Assembly: GCA_035084275.1 (NCBI GenBank)
Contig: CM068754.1
Location: 12,152,001-12,216,000 of the forward strand
Direction: 5' to 3'
Length of the DNA: 64,000 bases
Source: Hydrolagus colliei
Lineage: Eukaryota
The translations under genes and the position numbers were made by a program. Numbering within the stretch: the stretch's first letter is position 1; every line of letters starts with the position of its first letter. A model generated the notes under the pieces. It ran no database searches. It had not been told where the DNA came from and saw nothing but the letters and a program-made list of their open reading frames with translations. Positions 40,025 to 53,940 of this stretch are shown piece after piece.

Positions 40025-40110
40025 GGAGAGGGAGAGAGAGAGAGAGGGGTGGTGGTGGGGGGGGGGGGGGGGGGGGGGGGGGGAGTTGTGGTGGTGGTGG
40101 TGGGCGGGGT
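40025..40110. repeat. GA / GGT / poly-G tract (poly-C tracts also at 32373-32397 and about 40593-40613)
   Basis: Seen directly. Confidence 0.9.
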
Positions 40111-41029
40111 AATCTAGAGGCTTCGGGATGTTGGCAAGTGTCTCCAAAGCTGGCAATGCCAGAAAGGCTGGTGTGTATATATATATATTAATCCCTTGAG
40201 TGATCTGAATAGAACAGATCTTTGTCTTGACCGATTGAGACAAACTAATTGCTTGTCAGACTGACCAACAGGCAACGAAAGACCAAATGTTAAAAGTGCG
40301 GCTTTACCATAGATCGTGTCTCCTGCCTGTGAGATCAGCTGCTGTGACTGTCCTCTGCAGCGATGGGTATTTTCAATTGCACTCACCTACAGTGACCCAC
40401 CACAAGTCATTCGCCTGTATTCCATTGCAGAATGGCACAGTGTGATTTATATTTGAAATGCACCTTAAAAGAACCGCTTCTTCTGTACAAAGTCTTTTGG
40501 GGGTTTTCTGTTACATTGCAGCTCTTAACGTAATAAAGTCGGCGATTAACGAGTGTTTATTTTCAACAGGTAGGAGGGTAAAATCGCTTATTCCCCCTCC
40601 CCCCCCCCCCCCCTCTTATTCCTGTCAACGCAACAATACCAAGACTTTTCCACGATGTGGGTTCCAATTATTCCAGTTCACATGCTGTATCCCCCCCCAC
40701 CCGCCCCCCACCAGATTTCTTCAGTGCATTTGTTTTAATTATTTCGAGTATTTCAGCTGCTTGTTAGACAATAAGTACTGTAACGGCGTGGAGGGAAGGG
40801 ACAGAGAGGATCGATCACTCGGTAATAATTACTAATAACTATTACTTGCCTAGATTTGCCGGAGACCTTGTCACAAAGCTATGTGTCATCGCATCATCTT
40901 GACACGAAACATCGACTGTCTGATGGAGAAGTCATCTCAGAGCAACTAAATTAATATGGTTGTTGAAAAGGATGCGGCGACACACATGGTCAGAGTTCAG
41001 AGATGTTCCAGACATGTTTAAATAGATTC

Positions 41030-41170
41030 GTGAACTAAAGCATTTCACAGAAATAAACAGTTTGCAATATATTCTGCGAACAAAGCCTGTGAAGCGCTTT
41101 GAGACGCCTCAACTACGTGGAAATGCGCTATATCAAAAGCAATGTTTATTATCGTTATTATTATTATTAT
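41030..41170 (+). mobile_element. SINE 3' tail fragment (others at about 29040-29185 +, 42060-42195 +, 49375-49520 -, 52815-52915 -)
   Basis: ctgtgaagcgctttgagacg...gcgctatatcaaa.gcaa tail motif. Confidence 0.75.
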
Positions 41171-44100
41171 AACTGACACATACATCGCCCTTGATTGCAT
41201 TATAGTTCGCAGACCTACGTCCGGAAGAATTTATCCACCTTTGAAGGTGAAACCTGGGAGACAATGTTTTTAAATTGAATAGTTCAAACTCATACTTGTA
41301 TACTACAAAACGCATTTCTGTGTAGTCTGTGGGTGGTACAGAGTTTCGTAACATAAAGCAATTTCTCATAAGAACTACCAGTATTGTATATATAATATAA
41401 TAAATACATGTGTGGATATAGAGGTTAATATTAACCTGCCTGTGAGTTACAGACACTTGTTCAAACCACACATTTCTAGTAAAAGAAAAGCGAGTGTACT
41501 GCATTACTATATATTACCACACACCCTTTTGGGGTACAGTTTTGTGTCACTGGAGGGAAAGATTTTATTCTGATGTCAGGTTAGCGGCGTTAAGCCGATG
41601 CTCTCCTCTAATGTACTCCTCTGCCCTATCTAGAGAATGGGCCTAAACATTCCTCGCACGCTGTCTGTCTGAAACATTTCCTTCCACTTTCTGCACCCAC
41701 CAATTCCCACAATAGTTCTCCTTATGAGTCTCGCATGATTACGTTTTGCTTCGGAACAAGCCGCTCGCTCTCTTCTCACTCCCCCCCCCACCACCCCCCC
41801 AGTTACACACTCAACCGTTTGCCATACACTGCAACAAACTTTATGGAAAGGATTTCGGGATCCGTTCACTTTGTTAAACGCTTCAAATCACTTGGATGCC
41901 GACTCTAGATTTCACACCTATGTAAACGCATCACCCAAACATCACCCAAACAAGCGGTTAAGCTTTCCCTGCCAGGCCTCGCAATCTATTGGGTTCCAGT
42001 TTAAGTGTTGGAAACTTGTGTTGCACCAAACTTTTAACATCGTTTAGTGTGAACAAATGAAGAGATATCAGGCTGTCAAATGATTTTCACCCACAAATAC
42101 ACAGTCACTTCCACTTCACGGTAAACACCCTTGAAGCACTTTGAGACGTCCTCCCGGGGCGTGAAAAGCGTTACACCAAACACGCAAGGATTATGGTCTA
42201 TACTGTAATAAGAGAATATTTTCTCTATGCTAGAGAAATGGCATATCTTTCTCTAAAATTTGTTTTAGAGATAGATTAGTGGGTGGAAGTTGTAGGAATT
42301 ATGTGCAAGTCCTCACTACGTGACATATAAATCCAATTTGTTGTTGTTTCCCAATAAACGACTCCACTATCGTATCTGCTAAAGTGAGTGTCTGTATGTC
42401 CAAGTCTATTTCGAACTAACTGTCTTCACTGTAGCTTTTCTCACTCTGCCAGAGTTTCACTTATTTAATTTGTCTTTTCTATTGATATCATCTTAAACAT
42501 TGCTGGAAAGGAGACTTGTATTTTTCAGTGCAGCATAAGACAGTACGGGAATGGGATTTTAAAAAAAAATTAACATCCATTTTTCTAGTTTTGTTAGAGG
42601 TACGCATTTCAACAAATAACAAGGTTTTGCAGCCCTTTACCAACCTCACACGATACACCCATCTGCAGTCAAATAAAAGTATTTCAATTCCAAACTAGAG
42701 AATACACGTTTTAGTCTAACGTGTCCATTGAGAAAAAGCAGTGAGAATGACAACTGATTCGTCGAAATACCTAGGGTTTGCATATTAACTTTGTTTCTGA
42801 GTAACGGCGAAGCACACTTCTCAGCTCAGCCAAAGTGCCGTTGTTCTTTTGTCAAGAAGACTGCGAAGAAAACTCGCCCAACAAGTAAGAAGTGCACGTG
42901 AAACACTTGTCAACGAAACGAAATGAAATCCCGATGTCCACCATTGTTTGACCATTGTTGTGACTGCTTACAGAGAGAATGTTGTTAATGCGAAGTCAAT
43001 GCCGCACACTTGTACTCTGGTGAACTGACAATACAACAAGAAAACACTTGAAGATCCTTATTGACCTTTTACTGTGTGTGTGTGTGACACTACAGTTTAG
43101 TTAAAGCCAGATACTGCCATCGTGTTCGTCTGTAGATTAAAAAAAAGGGAGGTCGCTCGTTTTAAGGGAGACAGACTTTGACTCTGACTCTGAAACAAAA
43201 TCCTTTCTCACCAAGTCGCCTAGACCCGTGGGCACGGTTTTATTTGCAAGCGATATTTATCATTTTCCGCTGGTTGCTGGCTTGACTGGGCGGAAGGCTG
43301 GAAAGTACTTAGAGAGAGATGCACTTGTTGTGAGCTACGGTGCATTTAAAAGACTTCTTGGGAGTATTGATCACGATAACTGTCCCAGGTCTGTCAGCAG
43401 TTACATCCCATGTATGCGTCTGTATGTGTCACGGTGATTTTCAGTAAATAAAGAGGCCATTCGGTCTATCGATTCTGTACCACTGCATCACCACTGTACT
43501 TTCATTCTTTATTATTAATGCAACGTCTGCAGATACGGCAGAAGTGTGTGTTTGTCGTTCTATAATTTTGTTGTCACATTAGAGACAGAGAATCGTCATG
43601 ATTTTAAAGGTCAGTGTGAGGATTAATTGTTCACTCCCCCGCTCTACTCGCAGCATGTTATCTGATTCAGCGGTAAATGCCGATATTACACATTGTTCCG
43701 GCAGATAAATCAATCAAATGCTATTTTAGTATTGTTACCGTTTAGAAAATAACTTAATCATATTCACGCTAAACAGAAATAAATATCGGCAAAGAGAAGA
43801 CTCGGCTCTTAAATAATGGCAACTAGTTTCACTCAGAAAATACTCATAGCATTACTTTCCCTGCCCCCCCCCAACACACACACACTCCTTTTTATCTTAA
43901 TTCTTTACCGTCTCAAACTACAAGTTGGCTAAACCAACTGAATAGAATAACGGGTAGGAAAGAATTCAGAAGCTTGTTGAAAATGCTTGGATTCGCTTCA
44001 GCAAACGTTTTGCTCGTTGCGCTTCAGGTAGACAAACCTCACACAACACTTTGACAATGCTCTTTACATTCAAAACCTCTTCACTTTCTGTGCTAACCAT

Positions 44101-46736
44101 CGCGGGTAAGTTTTCTTGCTTTGTTGATTTGCCGAATTAATGTGCGAGGGACGACACATTACACGGAAAGCCAGCGATCCTGCTGTGGACACATCTGCAA
44201 TATGTTATTATTATTTTTAAATCAAGCCCTTTTCGATACTAATACTAATTGCAAATAAATTATGATGTGTTCACCGGGTAATTGATTTAATGAAGTTCCT
44301 ACGAAATCGAGTAAGTCAAGGAAGAGGCTCCCTGGGGAGTCCATTGTGAAAGGCAGGAGTAGCGAGTTCCTTGGCTAACATGGAACCACAGTTAATAAGG
44401 GGAACCACAGCTGTTTCTTAAGAGGAACTAATAATTTTTGAAATCTAAGGGAACGTGCCATTCCTGCCCTTGTAAATCATCAGAACGCTTCGGATAGTAT
44501 AAAATTGCTTAACCCGGTGATTAATTTCAAGCCAAGCATTCGAACGAATTCCTTCTTCAAGGGTCAGTGCTTTCTCGAAAGGGGAGAAAGAAAAATCACC
44601 TTGCTAACATTTATGAACGTAAACGTTTCCCTGCTCGATTGCTGATCCGGAGCGTAGCTACACTGAATGTCATGTCCCAAAATAAGTTAAGGTTATTTAA
44701 CTAGCTTGACACCTACTAGAAATAGCCCCAGGTCCCAGACCGGAAAGAGACAACGAGTGAACTGTTTGTTTAAAGGCGAACTGTTTACACAACTGCCCCC
44801 CACATCCAGGTGATGTGTAAAGAAATAATAGCATTTGACAAAAAAAGTAGCGGAAAGTGAAATCTGTGTTATATGAATTATATGAAGCGATGCAATGCAA
44901 CCCCAAACACTCCCTAATAAATCTTCTTATCGCATATTTACCTTTTCAAAATATGTATCGTCAAAGGTATCTGTCAAATACATTGTCGTTTAATGGCCCA
45001 TATGAATATCCACAAAGTTATACTTGTGGTGAAATGAAAAGCTTGGAAGGTTCCTGTCAAAACAATAAATGCCCAAACGACCTTCTCTTTGATCTGAGCG
45101 CTTTGGTTTCATCTCATTGCTGGTAATCCATGTGATCTGATTTCAGAATGTGGCGCGGGTGTGTTAGTGCAGACCAAACTGATAAAATGCGTTCACACTG
45201 TCCTAGTCTAATATTGCAATTATAAAGACACAGTTGTCAACACTTCCAAGCATTGGCTGAGTCAAATAGACATGAGTCGTAGAGTGTACCTGAAATTTAA
45301 ATTAGATGGACTGATTTAACTTGGGCTGTGGCTGAGAGGTAAGTTTCAGATTCAAACTATTTTACGTTGAATGCAGTACAGTGTTGGAACACTCCAAGGC
45401 AGTAACACCAACTAACTTTTCAAAATTAACAAAAAAACAACCATGACGTTCAAAAGTTCAAGGGCGCTCCATTGGAATTGCCCTAAATGTTTTTATTAAT
45501 GTTGCTAAACAGCTGGCAACTTTTTTTTTTGGGGGGGACTTTCAGAAGTTTTAAAATGCCACCTTGGCACAGGTCAGCTGCACGTTATACGAAGCTTTCC
45601 TTCAGTTGGATTCGGCCCCTGGCGAGAGTAATTCAGAGTCCGGGGGTAGAACTCGTGTCCGCCACACCTAACAGACACACCATCCGATTGGTTCCTGCTC
45701 TACAACTGATGTGATGTGTTTTTACCAGTCGAAGGAAAGGCGAGCAGCGTGCAGAAAGTTTTAGATGTGATAACATGTAAGAAATTAATTTGACATCAAA
45801 TGCAATACTGTACAGGTCTTAATTAAGTTACAAGGGACCCGATTCTGAAGAAAAACACACATCATCCATAGACGCTCTTCTGTGCACTCACAGGGCTGTG
45901 TTCTGCAGCTTACTAAGTGCATCCTGCCACCCCTCCCCCAACTGATTAAAGACAAAAATGATGCCTTCTGCCTGTGCTAATTCCCATGGCCAGTTACCAC
46001 TAGCCAGGCAAAAACACAGAGTCAAATGCCATGGAGCGTTGCTGCGGCAAAGCATCTCTTTGTTCCAATGTAGATTTGAAACTCTGGTAAAGAACTTATC
46101 CTTGACGATAACTTCAATCAAAGTAAATGTGGATTTCTCCTCGGACCAAATCATCTTTTACTTGAGCCACGATGTCAACTGTTACTAATCGCATTAGAAC
46201 CTGGGGTGTAATGATGTCACCGAGCTTCATGTATGTAGAATATGAAACAACAAGAACAACTTGCACTGATAAAAGCCAGCGGCGTTTCGGACCGTTTAAC
46301 CGGTTGTTTGGTCACGGTACGAGAGGGTAGTCTTCAAGTGTGACGGGCAAAGAGGGAGCAAGACTGAAGGATTGAGGCAGGAATTCCAGAGATTCGGGGG
46401 CAAATTGAACAGATTGATCCAAGAGTTTGGCAATTCCACGTTGTATGTCCTCCATTAAATCAGAAAGTGAAAGTTACCCATGATATCGTGGATGGAAATC
46501 TTTCTGGAGCATCAACACTCTTATTTTTTTTATCAGTGGGCCAAGTAACATCAATGTTTATTTGCCCTAAATATCAGTTGAAGGAACGTGTACAACGTCC
46601 CCGTTCTCTCGAGTGGGTGACATTATCTTTTCTGGTGCCTGTTATGGTTATTTTGGATGTGGACATGGATTCTTGTGCAATGTCCATAAAATGCCATGAA
46701 AGGCAATAGTGGCTATCAGGTGACAACCACGAGCAA

Positions 46737-46900
46737 TAACAAAAAACAGAAGTTGCTGGGGAAACTCAGCAGGTCAGGCAGCATCCATGGAGAAAAGAAA
46801 AAGTTTCTCCATGGATGCTGCCTGACCTGCCTAGTTTCCCCAGCAACTTCTGTTTTTGTTGTTTCACATTCCCAGCATCTGTAGTATTTTGTGTTTTGTT
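46737..46900. mobile_element. Near-perfect hairpin Penelope-like remnant
   Basis: Inverted arms of about 60 bp separated by only a few nucleotides, plus the tail cattcccagcatctgtagtattttgtgttttg. Confidence 0.8.
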
Positions 46901-48326
46901 TTACCATAAGCAATAACAAGTTTTCAACACTTGATATCGCCTTTTTTTTATTATTGCCAGCTTTCGTACTAGTGGAGCTGTGATGGACAACTCACATAGA
47001 AGGGAAGCCAGGTATTTAATTCGTTGCTGAATAATCAGATAGTACATTGACTTCCATTGCCTTGTCCAGGCTCGAGACCACACAACTAGGCAACAGTGAT
47101 GTCTGGCTGTGTGACCTTCAGCTGCTGTTGCTTTTCCCTGCTGATCTTAATGCTGTGGTGGAGAAATATCATATTTTCCTGACATCTTTAAGACACAGAG
47201 AGCAAAATCGCCAGGGGTGCAACTCCATACTCACGCAGGTCCATCACTAGTTACTGGTTCGATATTGTACCTAACCGAGCCAACATGGGAGGCTCATTTC
47301 CTGCTTCCTGAGTGTGCTAATCCAGGCATGTTTCAGATCAATGCTGATTGGCTATTTTTCTCCTACCAATAACTTAGGCTACTGCTCATTCCAAATGCTA
47401 TATTCCCATGTAAACTGTAACAGGAGGCCTTGCCTTATGGTCACTACCTCCATAAGGATAGGGGCCAAGAGAGGGAACAATCTAACATAACTGGTTTACT
47501 GACTCTGAGTTATGACAATACTGACCCGACTCTGAAGGCATATCCATTGTATAAATGGTACCAAATTTCAAATAAATCCAGTAAGGTTTTGCACCCAGAA
47601 AATATGTTTTCAAAGAAAATTCTTTGCATCATGAAATTTACTCATTTAATCGTTGAGTGTAAACTAATTATAATTCCCCATAGTGCTCTCACAGAGCTAC
47701 TCCGAAGTCAATTTACTGTAAACAATTCAATTCGGTGGAATCACCGTAAAATGTGAGGCACAGCTAGGTCATAAATAGCCCATAAAACAAACAGTCCTTT
47801 GCCAGTAGAAACTCTCGGGGGTTATATTAAACATCCGGTGATTTATACGCTATATGGTGGAAAACTAATGTTGGCATCCGTGTTGTTAAACGAACACAGA
47901 ACATACTTGTGCGCAAATGTCTGCTCGTAAATTTTGCTCATTCTGTATTTTGTAATACAATCAGTCAAACACCTGCTGTTGTTAACCTGCTTGTATTGTC
48001 ACATGGCAAGCTTGTTGAAAAGTCTGTCCATCTATTAATGCTCAATAGACTCTCCCTCTGAGATCACAGTGCATTGGGCCTAGTTCTGGTGCAGTGTATC
48101 ATTCAAGGTCGTTCCTCCATTTGTTGAAGCAATCAATTGATGCGAGGCGTTTGAGACAAAGCATTGCAAAACTTGACTTTTCAATGTTATTTTTCATTGA
48201 ATGCTGCTAAAGAGTTAAATGCATATTTTAGCACAATTTTTTTCATAATTAGATGTTATCAAGAAATGCAATTTGCTAGCAATCATTCACAAGACCATTT
48301 TCATAAGGTATAATGATAATATGATG

Positions 48327-48600
48327 TAATAATAATGACCTTTGCATTTGATAGTGTTTTTCACATCTTCTAGACACCTCAAAGCGCTTCACAGAATATA
48401 CTGTAAAGTGAATTGACTGTATAAATTGATGGGTATAAAGGCAGCCAATTGCAACCACATACAGTGGTGGATTGAAATGACAATTTTTTTTTTGAGGGAT
48501 TATTGTAAGGCATGTAGAGTAATGAAACTTGCCCAAGGTGTTGTCCTTCCTGGAATTGAACCCAGGTCTCTCGTTTGTAAGGTGAGTGCTCTAACCACAG
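48327..48600 (-). mobile_element. Near full-length tRNA-derived SINE
   Basis: The reverse complement reads gtggttagagcactcaccttacaaacgagagacctgggttcaattcc through to the tail. Confidence 0.9.
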
Positions 48601-51600
48601 GTATATCTCAAGGTTGCCAACTTAAATCCTTTGAATTAATTTTTTTTTGTAATTTGCAACCTACCTCTTCTATCACACTCGTACAACAAATATATTGCTT
48701 TATTAGAGGGTGCAAAGTAATTTAGCATCTTTAGGCTACCGGTATATTGTATTGACAAATTACTACCATAATTAGAAAGTTACTGGTTATCTTATGGGTC
48801 CATCGTATAGTATTTACTGGCACATATGTGTACCTTTTTTCATATTTTGTGATATTAATCACAACGTTTGTTGTACATTATACCCGAAGAAGCCAAGGTA
48901 AACATATTACTTCTCCTCAAGATGCAGAGATGACATTAAGTAAAAACACAGGCGTAATAAGTAGTTTTTCTTTTTTAAAAACCCCCCCAACATATTACGA
49001 AAACTGAAACGTCTCAAAGAGCTTCATAGTAATTCCTATTCAGTGCATTGACTTCTTTCACATTTAAAGTCAGCCAGAACTCACAAACAGCCAATAGGTG
49101 AGTTAGCCATTCAACCACGTGAAATTGCTTTCTGTTTACAAATAGTTTGATAGGAATTTACCGCAACGTTTCACCAGAGTGCTGCGGTGGCAGCTATGCG
49201 CTTGTCTTGAATGTCGCTTTATCCCACATTGTTTTTTGGTCGTTTGTTTGACACATGCTGCAATGTACCGAACTAGACTGATGAGTTCACATATATACGC
49301 AACCTATACACGTGCAAATTCTTGTGTGACTGAAGTGGAATGAGCACCCTCTCCCCAGAGCCATAAACCCTGTTCATAATAATCCTCATCCTTGTATTTG
49401 GTACAGAGCCTGAGCACATTGATGAGACGTCGGAAAGCGCTTCGCGGTTTGTAAATTGACTGCATTTTGTGGGCGAAACGCGGCAGTCATTTGCTCGCAG
49501 CAATGTCCCACAAAAGGTAGTGGATTTTGTGGACAAAATCATCGAATTTCTGATAGTTTGAGGCTGAGTTGGGACGGTCTGGGGCGTCTAGGTGCCAGGG
49601 GTATGCAATAGAGTTACTGCTGAATTGTCATCAGCTAAAACCACATAACGTGTCATTAAAAGTGTCTGACTGGCAGGTTTCCGGCTTTTTATTCACCTAG
49701 GACCAGGGTGTCAGCCTAGAGACTGAGCTCAAATCTTGAATAGGGACACAACAGAGTCAGGAGGGTTGCCTACCTCCCTGTTAATGTGTACGGACAGAGT
49801 TTGTCAGGTTTAACATCACAATCACCTGAAGTATTCTTTGTATTTTGCTTTGAGCACCACCCCTTAGGGTTGACTTTGGATAACAGAATATAGATAGACG
49901 CTGAATTGACCTAAGATTTTCTACACACTTTCTCGAGGATACAGAGTAGGTTTTTTTTAAAAAAAAGTTAATGGACTAGTGTAGGAATAAAGCACACAAA
50001 CCAACTACAAAATTAAAAAATGTAAACAACGGACAACCGTTCCCTAGACCAAGGTTTGTAGAATCAACATCAATAAGGTGCTTATTGAGGAAACCACATC
50101 CATATGAAGATATCTTTACCATTTAGTGGATATGATTCGTTTATATACTTCCAGTTATAGTTAATTAAAAAGAGGCCGAATTAAAATTCTTGAACGCATT
50201 TATCAATACTGTGTTTAATTTACCAATAGGGAACATCAAATATCAACTATTATATCTAAAGAGAAATCTGCTTTATGCTTATTTTGTGTTTTTAAAAAGT
50301 TTAATTGAGTCCAAATTACACATGAAATATTTGATGTATTATGAATGGAACATTTAGGTTCTTTCGTTTGGGTACAGATATACGCATGTATGCTAGACAG
50401 ACACTTAAAACCTCAGCACTTTTCCATATTGTTTATAACAATATATAATCTCATCCGATATTGTTCTTAATTAACCATTAATTCGCGGATTGTGTTGGCA
50501 CATTGATAGTGTCGCGGCATCAGAATAGAAACTAGTCACAGGTCAATGCTTTTCCTTTTGTAAATGCTCCAGTCTTGGTGCTCTATCTCCCTGAATTGAA
50601 ATCGTAAAGCTGCGATATTTCTTAAGTTAATGCTGTAAAGATCACGGTTTTTCTGTGTTATCAAAGAGACACTTCTATAGGTAACGTATCAGCGTAGTAC
50701 CTCTGGGTATGTGTTTTAAAATAAATAAATTGAAATCTAAATACAATCATGACATATTATTTATACAACTGGTTTGCGGTTGGAAAGATCCATGGTTGTA
50801 ACGTGTACTGCGGGTTTCCCATAAAAAAGGAAATGGTTCCTTACAATGAATAATTACTCATTTATGTGACCTGGTCAAGTCTTGAAAGTATATAGTCGGG
50901 ATACTGTTGTAAATTCGAAAGATATAGACTGTAGTGCGGGCGCTTTGTTGAAGATTTTTGACACCGTAAATATGGAGTTGAAAGGACCAACTGGAAAAGC
51001 ATTGAATTTTAAGTGTGTTTAATTAAACTAGATTAAATGGTTAAACAGGATGCTGAAGGAAACGTGTAAGAGAAGTTTCAGGTTGAGTGCTTTTCGACAA
51101 AGTCCTTTTTTTATAATGTCATTCAAGATTTAATGCCGAGCACTTGTAATGCCTCCACGGGTGCGCGTTCTATAGGCAAGTGAATTCTGATCGTATTGTA
51201 AGCAAAAAGAAAAGGGTTTGTTGTTTTAATTAACCAGAGCTGCTGATTTTTTTCGCCAGAAGTTCACATAATTACTTTAACGGATGCAGGTAAACCCAAG
51301 CCTAATTTAAAAATGCGGAAATGGAGCTGAATTGTGTTGTTTTCATCTGGCTGGCTGGATTTCCCATTTTGTTTCTTCTGCTTGTTTCGTTTTGTTCGCT
51401 CCTCGTTTCCTCTGTTCTTCTATCTTTTTTTTCACCCCCCACCTCCCCAAAGAAAAATGTTAGGTGTCTGTTAGGTTCTCAAACCTGGGTGCCATAGAGT
51501 TCTCAGTTTTGTTTTGTGTTTACTTTGCTCGGCTTTAACCTTAGTACCAATTGCTGCCTTAAAAAAGCTCCTCACGAGTACAACACGGGATGCAACAGGC

Positions 51601-53049
51601 TAGAGCAACACTGCCATGTCCAGTTCACATAAATAGCAAGAGGTATATTTTTTGTATATACACCTCCCCCCCCCCCAAAAAAATGAAAGTTTCACTTGTC
51701 AAATACATTGTTCTGGGTGGGTGGGGGGGGGGGATGAAGTGGGGGAACTCCTGGTTTATTGCGACTGGAATCAATTTACGGTTTATTGGCGTGCTGAAGC
51801 GAGAATTTTCGAAGGAAAAGTATGGATTTACGATGCGGGAGGACAGAGCGTGAAAGTAGTATCATCATCAGTTTTGACTGAAAGAAAGAAAACACATCTC
51901 CAACAAAAGAAAGCCTATTCGATTCAGCGAGGTTGTTAGGACAACGAAAAAACATCCCTTAGATGATTAGTTCCACTTCAAAGGAATTTACATTCAGTAG
52001 TGGAGAAGCAGTCCTTTTATTTAACCACATGTTTTTTTTCCACTAAGAGGAATCGTATGTTTGATCATTGTGTTTATTTTTCTCCATTCAGAGTACACTT
52101 GTATTAAATAAATAGAAGAACCATTACAAACTGCTAATTGCGGCGTGTAAACGTATAAAAAGAATCTGTAAAATAGAAAGAGAGAAAAAGAAACAGCAGA
52201 GGGCACTTCAGTGGATGTGGTGAAGAACTGTTTCGAGAAACCTAATGGCATATGTACAAGAATAGGAGAGAGTGAGTGGAACTTACGAAAACATGAGCAA
52301 ATAAAGCTCATTGTAACTGTATCTTAATGCAGTACTTGTCACGGGGCTACAGGTTCCTCCCATTGCACTTGCTGTGGAGTAGTCCTGTGTTAGGGCGATG
52401 ATAACATTGAACAGGAACTTTCCTATGCTTAATCAATAACAAGCAATAAATAAGTGAATTACATATGACTGGTTGTTCACTTTTGATTCAAGCTGATGTA
52501 TAATTTATCCAAATAGTCTAATAACGAATTGATATTCCAAAAACCAACATTCGCAAGTGGCGTTTTACAAATATATCTTTGTTATTGGTTTACTTTATAA
52601 TACGGTATTTTCTGGCGAGTGGTGGACTTACATTTGCCTTAATGGGCTTCCTCTACCCACTCGTTTGTGACTCATACTCAATTAATATGTGGCCGAAATT
52701 AGGCCCAGTTAATAGTACAACATTACGTGTGTCTTTATTTAGATTTCATAATTATCCTCCAGGTGAAAATCTTGGATTTAAGCTCTTGCACTGGTTCACA
52801 TCAGTACTTCTTTATATTAACAATTCTTGCATTTTGATATAGCGCTTTTCGCACCTTATCAACGTCTCAAAGCGTTTCACAGAATATACTGTAAAGTGAA
52901 TTGACTGTATATTTGTTTGCAGAAACAAAGGGTTTATTTTATAGCCTGTATTATATACGAATACAGGCATTCAATGTATAGGTTATATACTGCAGTGTTA
53001 AATGTTAAGTAAATCAATTGAAATAACAGAAGGTAATGATACACATACA

Positions 53050-53055
53050 TTTATT
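53050..53055 (-). terminator. Candidate polyadenylation signal (AATAAA) of the Zic gene, about 0.9 kb after the stop; an alternative lies at 52933-52938
   Basis: tttatt on the + strand, followed on the minus strand by T/GT-rich sequence (ttctgttatttc). Confidence 0.45.
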
Positions 53056-53940
53056 AACAATCGGGCCTATTGCTCTCATACAATCTATTATATCAAGACA
53101 CCTTTCTCCAGATTGTATTTTTCAATCACTTCTTATATAAACTGTTTTACAATGCCATGTATATGTTTTATATCACACACAAGACAACCATCAACCATCA
53201 CCACTTTTAGACACACCACCCTACTGTTTGCTACAACTAAGCCACAATTACATAATTAGAAACTAATCGATTCATTATATTCACATTCGTATTTTTCCAT
53301 TGGATATTTCATGTGATCATGTGGTCGGGGCATTGATGACACATTCATTCATTAAACAGAGATGGCGTATCAAAGTGGAAATAATTAATTTTACAACCTG
53401 AGACAGAAATCTTGGCCATTACAATTGCTGTGTGCCTTGAAGCACGTTAGTAGATATCAAAATAGTAAGTATTATCCTTACTCATTTCAAGCTTGAACAT
53501 GATGTGCTTCATATACCTCTGCGCTATGTCTTCTTGTGTGTTTAATCTGGCTCACAAGGTGCAGTGAATTTTGATGGCATCATTCAATCAATTTCAATAT
53601 AAATTTCTACCATATTTCAAATTCTCTCTTAAACCACCGGAATGCGTTACTTGGCATATACAAAAGTGCATCTTGGTGTATAAAATTGCCAATGAATTCA
53701 TGGTTTTCTTCAATTACCAAATCCAGACCACGCCAGAAATTGCAGCACATGCAGCTTTGGGGTTACAACAAAAGGTGAGCCATAGATTTAATCACTTTAG
53801 AATTCAGTGCATTAGATACTTCTGAGCATCAAATACCAAAAGATGGCAGTGACAGTTTGCAATCAGCAAACTGTGCTAAGAGTGTCAGTTGTACACGTGC
53901 GAATTGATGTCCACTTGCTCCTTTAGTGGACAATAATAAT

